From the NCBI GenBank assembly GCA_047495785.1, contig JBLDXI010000086.1, positions 1-19,749 of the forward strand: DNA of 19,749 bases, in the 5' to 3' direction. The stretch comes from Lepidodermella squamata. Lineage: Eukaryota > Animalia > Gastrotricha. The translations under genes were made by a program, and so were the position numbers. Shown in pieces: positions 11,181 to 19,749 of the stretch. Each line of letters opens with the position of its first letter. Positions within the stretch are counted from its first letter, which is position 1. The notes under the pieces were generated by a model that worked only from the letters and a program-made list of their open reading frames with translations, was not told the DNA's origin and did no database searches.

Positions 11181-13320
11181 TTGAATAATTTTAGAGGCCC
11201 CGGTCGCGGAGTTTGAGGCTAATGATGATGATGATGTTAAACAGCAATAAACAGCGATATGGTGTTTGTATACAGGCCTTGGCCTTCAAGTTAATGTTGG
11301 AAACTTCCCACGACTTGTTGATGCCATTTCACACATTTATTTTACTAAAAATGCTAATATCCCGAGTTAATTAGGTCGTTGAATGTTGTTTATTGCTAAA
11401 CAACCCGAGTAAAAGCGTTTAAAATAAATTTTCAAAAATTTTATAAGGAGGATTAGAGGTGCGAGAGGCGATATTTTATACCTGTGGAGTGGAAGATGAT
11501 GATTTAATAAGAAATTCAATTCCATCGGCGATAATTGCCGCCTTATGTTCGATTGGCTGTTGTTAAAGCACATGGCCGAGCTAGTTAGTTGGGCGGGTGG
11601 CGCGCTGCTGCGGATCTACGCGCCCGGTTATTTGGTGCGGACGGCGAGCGAGTGAGTGCGCGCGCGCTAGTGTCGCGCTCTACTACGACTTTGATTGACG
11701 GTGGCGCGCAGCAGGCGAGCGCGCGATTGCGGGCCGATATTTTGTTGCGCGATGCGTATTGTCTAACGAAAAAGCCAGCATAGATAAATAGACGTAACCA
11801 GCGAGCGCAAACGGCTCGGTGTAACATCGCTGTTTCACACGTGTTAAAACTCGCTAGGTAAGTAAGTGTAGATCGAAAGCAGAGACGGGTGTTTGAATTT
11901 CTGCGATTGTATACAAATTGAAAAACTCGAAATCACACCTCGCCACCAGACGAGCGAAGAGCCGGCTCAAGAGGTTATACAACAGACAAAATACACAGGA
12001 ACTATATACATCAGGTGCGCCACTCGAAAAACGGTTATCGAGTTTAGGTACGCGCAAATATATTGAACTTGACTCTCGAGACGCGAGAATGGCTAATAAA
12101 AATCAAGTGACAATCAACACGTCCGGGTAGGGGGTACGTAAGGTAAAACCGTCATTAGCCAATAAGGAAACGAGTTCATGTCCTCATGGCTATCATCTAA
12201 TTCTATTTTGCAATATTGTTGTTACAGGTAAAGGCGCGTTCTCATAACTTCTTCATAAGGGTGTTATCACAACAGGTTATCTAATGGGGCGAGACAAGTA
12301 AAAATTTTCTCGTACGATAGAATAAGTAGTCTAGAAAATGATTTAACGAAAGCGAAATTTAGAAGGGAAATTCAAAAAAAATATTCTGTACTCAAATATC
12401 ATAGGCAGTTTATTGCGGTCTTCTTCAAAATTTAATCAGCTGTGAGCCGCCAGAAATTTTAACGTTGAACATAACAAACTAAGCTGTCCCATCCCCAGTA
12501 TTCTAGCCAGTTGCCGATGATTCCCTTTGGCTATAAATTGAAATGGAAATTATATTTAAGACAGTGCAATAATTTAGGATTAATTGCTTAGGTAATTAAC
12601 TACTCGTGACAGAGTGGATAATTAGGCAATGAAATTGAAGAAATTATAATACACCTGTGAGATATCAGTTCAGTATAACGAGGAGCGTATCAGGGTTTGT
12701 TATTATTATTACAGGCGCGCGCTCTCGTTACAATGGTGGGATTGTTGACGTTTTATTGACGTGACATTATCATTATCATCATCCTTGTTCAGGTGTTATC
12801 TAAACAAACTTGTCTGGCGTTCCGCAGCAGTCAGCTTTCAGTCAGTGAAGAAAGTAAACACACCACCTCGTCGCCGTCTCATTGTCATCTATTTTTATTT
12901 ATTTATTTTTCCAAGATTTCAGCCCCTTTGCATAGGTATAAGTTGAACAAGGACAAGGCGATGATAGAGAACAGAGGGCTTGTTAATAAAAATATTTTAT
13001 TATTGTTTAGCCTCACATTATACCATCTAAAACCGGCTATTATTAGCGCCGATTTGTTGTCGCGCTGCCGTTTGACTCTCAGCGTCAATGACACGTTACG
13101 TGTTAACAATATTTTGTACCTTGTGTTGTTCAATTTCAAGAAAAACAGAGACAACAGCGCCTCGCCTCGAGCGTGTGCGCTAAACCTATTAGCCATGCGA
13201 TACTATTCACCTGTGACCGAGAAAACAACCTGTGTGTTATTTTTGTTTTGTTATGTAACACTGCAAGCGCGCTATACACGTTGATATTATTTAATTATTG
13301 TAATTTGTCAAAACTCTCAC

Positions 13321-14034
13321 ATCGCGAACCGTTCTGATTGCCGGAATTTTTTTTCAATTCACCACGGAACAACTGGGAGGGAGCATGCCGGATAATCATC
13401 TCGACGCAGCATTTCCGAATTTAATCGATTCAAATTTCACCTGGACTCAATTTCGCTATCAGATTCATTCTTCTGAAATGCGCAGGTGATCTGATAAGAG
13501 GAATCAGGATTTTTCCAACAGGAAAATTGCTAGCCGTAATTTTTCATCTATTAACAATATACAGTCTGTCCTATACATTTTGGTTAAAGATTTTTTGCAA
13601 GCAGTAATTTCGCAGGAAAATTCACAATAAATTTAAAAAAATCTCCTGGCTTTATAATTCAGGGGTGGCAATGCGCCGGGCTCGTAACAGGACCCCCGAA
13701 TTTATCCCGAATATATCCCTTTGCCTGAGCTACAGCGAATTTTCATAAATGTAATAGGTAATAGCTCTCAAAATTGCTTCCAGAATAGAAAATTCTCATA
13801 TTTTTGCAAGAGTTCCTCAGAAGCCTGCTTCTACTGTCCACTGGCATCGGCAAATTTTATTCGGTCAAGTTACGGAATTTCGAAAAATTGTCACTCCGAA
13901 GGGCAGGAGCGACAGCTTTTCACCGCCTAACCGTAGGCTTTTTAGAGTCTGAAAACAATTGCAACAATTGAAGCCCACTCAGAGGTCGCGCATTTAAAAC
14001 TGTCGGCCTAAGCGCGCAGCTAAATATAATACGA
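13321..14034. other. Unique 714-bp non-coding spacer at the palindrome centre
   Basis: Not self-complementary about the 13677/13678 axis, and has no convincing ORF. Confidence 0.9.
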
Positions 14035-17000
14035 GTGAGAGTTTTGACAAATTACAATAATTAAATAATATCAACGTGTATAGCGCGCTTGCAGTGTTAC
14101 ATAACAAAACAAAAATAACACACAGGTTGTTTTCTCGGTCACAGGTGAATAGTATCGCATGGCTAATAGGTTTAGCGCACACGCTCGAGGCGAGGCGCTG
14201 TTGTCTCTGTTTTTCTTGAAATTGAACAACACAAGGTACAAAATATTGTTAACACGTAACGTGTCATTGACGCTGAGAGTCAAACGGCAGCGCGACAACA
14301 AATCGGCGCTAATAATAGCCGGTTTTAGATGGTATAATGTGAGGCTAAACAATAATAAAATATTTTTATTAACAAGCCCTCTGTTCTCTATCATCGCCTT
14401 GTCCTTGTTCAACTTATACCTATGCAAAGGGGCTGAAATCTTGGAAAAATAAATAAATAAAAATAGATGACAATGAGACGGCGACGAGGTGGTGTGTTTA
14501 CTTTCTTCACTGACTGAAAGCTGACTGCTGCGGAACGCCAGACAAGTTTGTTTAGATAACACCTGAACAAGGATGATGATAATGATAATGTCACGTCAAT
14601 AAAACGTCAACAATCCCACCATTGTAACGAGAGCGCGCGCCTGTAATAATAATAACAAACCCTGATACGCTCCTCGTTATACTGAACTGATATCTCACAG
14701 GTGTATTATAATTTCTTCAATTTCATTGCCTAATTATCCACTCTGTCACGAGTAGTTAATTACCTAAGCAATTAATCCTAAATTATTGCACTGTCTTAAA
14801 TATAATTTCCATTTCAATTTATAGCCAAAGGGAATCATCGGCAACTGGCTAGAATACTGGGGATGGGACAGCTTAGTTTGTTATGTTCAACGTTAAAATT
14901 TCTGGCGGCTCACAGCTGATTAAATTTTGAAGAAGACCGCAATAAACTGCCTATGATATTTGAGTACAGAATATTTTTTTTGAATTTCCCTTCTAAATTT
15001 CGCTTTCGTTAAATCATTTTCTAGACTACTTATTCTATCGTACGAGAAAATTTTTACTTGTCTCGCCCCATTAGATAACCTGTTGTGATAACACCCTTAT
15101 GAAGAAGTTATGAGAACGCGCCTTTACCTGTAACAACAATATTGCAAAATAGAATTAGATGATAGCCATGAGGACATGAACTCGTTTCCTTATTGGCTAA
15201 TGACGGTTTTACCTTACGTACCCCCTACCCGGACGTGTTGATTGTCACTTGATTTTTATTAGCCATTCTCGCGTCTCGAGAGTCAAGTTCAATATATTTG
15301 CGCGTACCTAAACTCGATAACCGTTTTTCGAGTGGCGCACCTGATGTATATAGTTCCTGTGTATTTTGTCTGTTGTATAACCTCTTGAGCCGGCTCTTCG
15401 CTCGTCTGGTGGCGAGGTGTGATTTCGAGTTTTTCAATTTGTATACAATCGCAGAAATTCAAACACCCGTCTCTGCTTTCGATCTACACTTACTTACCTA
15501 GCGAGTTTTAACACGTGTGAAACAGCGATGTTACACCGAGCCGTTTGCGCTCGCTGGTTACGTCTATTTATCTATGCTGGCTTTTTCGTTAGACAATACG
15601 CATCGCGCAACAAAATATCGGCCCGCAATCGCGCGCTCGCCTGCTGCGCGCCACCGTCAATCAAAGTCGTAGTAGAGCGCGACACTAGCGCGCGCGCACT
15701 CACTCGCTCGCCGTCCGCACCAAATAACCGGGCGCGTAGATCCGCAGCAGCGCGCCACCCGCCCAACTAACTAGCTCGGCCATGTGCTTTAACAACAGCC
15801 AATCGAACATAAGGCGGCAATTATCGCCGATGGAATTGAATTTCTTATTAAATCATCATCTTCCACTCCACAGGTATAAAATATCGCCTCTCGCACCTCT
15901 AATCCTCCTTATAAAATTTTTGAAAATTTATTTTAAACGCTTTTACTCGGGTTGTTTAGCAATAAACAACATTCAACGACCTAATTAACTCGGGATATTA
16001 GCATTTTTAGTAAAATAAATGTGTGAAATGGCATCAACAAGTCGTGGGAAGTTTCCAACATTAACTTGAAGGCCAAGGCCTGTATACAAACACCATATCG
16101 CTGTTTATTGCTGTTTAACATCATCATCATCATTAGCCTCAAACTCCGCGACCGGGGCCTCTAAAATTATTCAAATTATTATTATTATTATTACTGCGAG
16201 TGGGAAAACGTTAATATCTACCTGGTTTCGCATGCGGTTTTAACTCGTAAAACACGGCTAATAATAGTAATAACGCGCGGTCGAGCGCTTTTGATGGCCG
16301 TCGCGCTAATTTGTCACCAGTTGCGCGCGCTCAAAAATGTGATACGCGCGCGCAGTTGCCACAACCGCAGAAAACCCGAAATCTCGACACCGGTTTCGCT
16401 ACTTGTTTGCTGTTTTGTTTTTAGTTGTGTGTGTTTCTTGTAGGTATTGTCTGTTTGTTATGTTTAACGGTGTGTTTCGGTCTCTGGCTCGCATATATGT
16501 ATATATATTCTGCTGTAAAAATTTTGTAACATCACACGACTAGTGCCAACACTCGAACAGTCTCTCATCGCGATGAAAACGTTGTTGCGTTGAAAAACCG
16601 TTTTTCATCACTTTTTCATCGGCAGCATTGTCATTTGTCAACTGTCATCATTTTGTACGTTCCGACGACTCGCGCGCGCTCTCTTTTATCACTGCTACTA
16701 CTGCTGAAGAGATGACGACGAGCAAGAAGAAAAATGCTTTATTTTGCGTAAACACGACAAAAATTCAGGCAACACAATTTTCACCTGGCGCGCTACTAGT
16801 TTTGGTACGGTAAAAAAGATTTCATGCCCAGTGTAGTAGTAATATATTAGCGCGCGCGCATATATTTTGCGCGGCTCGTGCGAGCCGCCACTTGTTACGC
16901 ATTATTTGTCATTTGTTACAGCTAATGTTTTAGTATTATTTTAAAGTTGGCAAGTGGCAAATTATTTTAAAAATAATATTGAAACGTTTTCAAAGCAAAC

Positions 17001-17233
17001 ACTTCTTACCCCCGGCCAGCGGCTGCTGACTATTTTTTCAAGCGCGCTTTACTATTATTGTTTTTCATTATCATTTCGAGACGAGAGAGCGTGAGACACT
17101 CAATAAAGAGCTCTAGATATATAACATGTTTAAAAAAAACCGTCTCCAACCACTTGACAAATTTTGACTTCTCATCACAACTTGATTTCTCACAAATATT
17201 TATTAGACGTTTTATTATTGCGTGTTCTTATCG

Positions 17234-17273
17234 GACCAATCAGCGCACGCCCTTTCAGTGCGCCGACCAATCA
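17234..17273 (+). promoter_or_regulatory. Tandem CCAAT (NF-Y) boxes in the foxQ2 copy B proximal promoter
   Basis: GACCAATCA at 17234 and 17265, 31 bp apart, 80-120 bp upstream of the ATG. Confidence 0.55.
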
Positions 17274-17353
17274 CAGCGCGAGGCGCACACACGCATCGCC
17301 TTGCGATCGCGCAATCATTTTGTTACTAATTTTCGATTCGAGTCAACAGCAAA

Positions 17354-18594
17354 ATGCTTCAAACCGCCTCGCCTCACCCGAATCTACTCGGCCCGGAGTC
17401 GCGCGCTTCAACCAACTCGCCGGCTAACAACAACCCGCAAAACAATCAGAATTCAGTCAGTTCGATGTTAGCACCGTTATCCGCGGCTGCCTACCTCGAA
17501 ATGGCTTCTCGTGCTCTTGGAAATCAACAACAGCAGCAAGCGATGGCTAATCAATTGAACCAAGACGCAATGTCGCCTCAAAACGCTTACGCCTCGGCAT
17601 TAGCTGCCGCTGCCTATCAACAACAAGAAAGGCAACAGCAGTTGTTTTCGGCAATGTGCGGCGCGGTTTTGAACCACCCTAACGCGGTCCCACAACATCC
17701 GAACCCGTTAGCGGCAATGTTGTCAAATCCGGCTGCAGCGGCTTTGATGGCGCCTCATCTCATGGCGGCATGTTTTCGCGAAGAGCCGAAACCGCCTCAT
17801 AGTTATATCGGTCTAATTGCCATGGCGATTCTCAGCTCACCTGAGAAGAAAATGGTCCTTAGCGATATCTACCAGTGGATCCTTGATCACTATCCTTACT
17901 TCCGAACTCGCGGGCCTGGTTGGCGCAACAGCATTCGGCACAATCTTAGCCTAAATGATTGCTTCGTTAAGGTGGGTTATATTCGATTTTTCGAATTGAT
18001 TTATGCTAAATTTTGATATTTTTCCAGGTTGGTCGAAGTGCAAATGGCAAGGGCCACTTTTGGGCAATTCATCCGGCTAATTTGAGTGATTTTCAACGCG
18101 GCGATTTTCGGCGGAAAAAGGCGCAGAAGCGCATCAAGAAACACATGGGAATAATTGATAACGACGACGATGATGATGATGAATGCATGATTGGTGGCGA
18201 GCAGCACTTCAGCGACGAAGATTGCGATCAACAGGGCGGCGGCAGTAAGGCGTCGCCGCAGTCTGGCGGCGTCAAATCGTCGCTGTCAATGTCACCGGCT
18301 GAGCGTTTCAGCGAGTTTTTGCTGATGAAAAGCGGCGGTGGAGGCGCGGCGATCGCTGGTCTCGACGCCGACGCGGTTCCAGCAGCGGATCCGGTAAGCA
18401 TGGCTGCCAGGTTGGCGATGCGGCTCGGCGCTCATCACCCAGGTTTCGCCGTACCGAACCCGCAATTCGGCGGAAATTTCGCGAATCTAGGGCTGTTGCT
18501 TGGCGCAAATCAGGGTGCTAATAACATGGCGCCTACTAGTTCAAATTCGTCCAACTCGCCGGTCGAGGTTGTCAGCGATGATGAACAGCCACAT

Positions 18595-18629
<35 letters not shown>

Positions 18630-18813
18630 ACAAGCGTCGCTCAGTAACGTTCTAAACCTGCAGCATTTGAGCCGGCTGATGGCAGCCGCCGCGGCTGGCA
18701 ACGTCGCGTCTGTGTCACCCAACTCGGGTCAATCACTTCTAATCGACGATCACTCGGCGTCGAAGAAACGCCGCATTTTCGACATCGACAGCCTGTTGGC
18801 GCCCTCGTCTTAA
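17354..18813 (+). CDS. foxQ2: Forkhead box Q2 transcription factor, copy B; exons 17354-17971 and 18028-18813; 467 aa
   Basis: Reverse-complement copy of 8542-10001 with identical translation. Intron 17972-18027 reads gtgggt...tttttccag. Confidence 0.92.
18595..18633 (+). repeat. CAG/CAA repeat encoding Q13 in FoxQ2 copy B (mirror 8722-8760)
   Basis: 13 consecutive CAG/CAA codons. Confidence 0.9.
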
Positions 18814-19749
18814 ATTAACTACAATATCGCATCATTCAATAATCGTATTTATGCGTTTCCTATTCGATCTCTGCGTCTCTTTCTTTTCTGCGAGCTATAA
18901 TTTTGATTATCAATCTCAACTCATACTACCATGACACGTTTTCGAGAATTAATTTTGAAAGCCGGATGTTTTGTCGCCTGTTTATTGTAGTACAATTAAT
19001 TGTTATTTTATTGATATCATATTGGCTTTTGTGCCGCTTGTAATGCTTAACCGAGCGGTGGTTTTTGTCTCTTGTTTTTCTGCCTCACTGCAATGCGCGC
19101 TCTCACAAAAAAACCACCTTAATAACTCGCGCGCTTTTGATATTTATAAACGCGCGCGCTCTCTCTCGTGTTTTTAATAGCATTGTTAGCGCGGTTGAGA
19201 AAAAAACAATTGATTCGCAAAAACGACAAATTAATTCAACAGCTACTTGTCTTATAACAAATTGCGGCCGGCTTTGTTATTGTGTTGAAGCGATACCTGG
19301 CAGCTTTTGTAGGACAAAAAACCTGCTTGCGCAATCTTAACAACAATTAGAAACAGGATAATGTGGCACTCGCGTTGTGTGTTATTTCTTGTATAAAAAG
19401 TAATCTGTCTCTTGTATAACGTGCACATATTTCGAGTTTTTAATGTCAATGCCTTGAATCTCGACTTGGTACTTTTGATTTTTTTTCGAATTCTCTCATA
19501 TCAGCTATTTTGTTTTATTTCTTCCATTGCGTTAATTTATGAAAATTCGGAAATTGATAGCTGCATTGTAATTTTAGTAATTATTATTGAAAGTGATGAA
19601 ATTATCAATAATTATGGCAATAAAAAAATGACGTGTTTTATTCTGGTTGTTTTTTTTTCGGGCGAAACCTGACATGACGGAGGAGGGTGATAAAAACCTG
19701 GTTAAAAGTTCTCGAAATGGTGTTATTCTAATTATTACTGCTATTGATA

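Larger units (their letters stand above)
7606..13320 (-). repeat. Left arm of large inverted repeat (>=5715 bp; outer boundary not determinable within window)
   Basis: All mirrored ORF pairs have identical translations and coordinates summing to 27355 (e.g. 7683/19672, 9339/18016, 13284/14071). The window end ...ctattgata is the reverse complement of tatcaatag at 7606. Confidence 0.98.
14035..19749 (+). repeat. Right arm of large inverted repeat (runs to window end)
   Basis: Begins gtgagagttttgacaa, the reverse complement of ttgtcaaaactctcac ending at 13320. Complementarity breaks at 13321/14034. Confidence 0.98.

Noticed and set aside
12793-13284. 163-aa ORF (and mirror 14071-14562), plus other 60-140 aa ORFs in the arms
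   Set aside because: Mostly non-ATG starts, AT-rich low-information translations and no recognisable domains. Their duplication only reflects the palindrome.
13660-13672. CAGGGGTGGCAA in the spacer, resembling a hAT terminal repeat
   Set aside because: No partner TIR or target-site duplication seen, and the match is too short.
15660-16995. TCF-like (A/T)TCAAAG and forkhead RTAAACA sites upstream of foxQ2
   Set aside because: Biologically tempting (Wnt restriction, autoregulation), but such 7-mers are expected by chance in AT-rich DNA.
7606-19749. Interpretation as a foldback or composite transposon, or a prokaryotic system (CRISPR, invertase)
   Set aside because: The arms consist of a host gene with its intron and regulatory DNA, with no transposase, no internal tandem subrepeats and no repeat-spacer array. 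The outer ends are not visible.

Overview
Eukaryotic (invertebrate animal) genomic DNA with uniformly tiny GT-AG introns (51-58 nt). The left ~5.5 kb is gene-dense. It holds two motile-cilium genes in tandem only 120 bp apart: CYB5D1 (4 exons, 215 aa) and CCDC65/DRC2 (5 exons, 505 aa), followed by an intronless SOCS-box protein. The remaining ~12 kb is one large inverted repeat. Position p pairs with 27355-p, the arms are 7606(or further left)-13320 and 14035-19749 (running off the window), and they flank a unique 714-bp spacer. Each arm carries a complete two-exon FoxQ2 forkhead gene (467 aa, C-terminal EH1 motif) plus ~3.3 kb of upstream DNA, arranged head-to-head. I found no differences between the arms. 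This is either a real, very recent or homogenised FoxQ2 palindrome or a fold-back amplification/assembly artefact, and sequence alone cannot decide which. Most short ORFs in the track are exon fragments or spurious.
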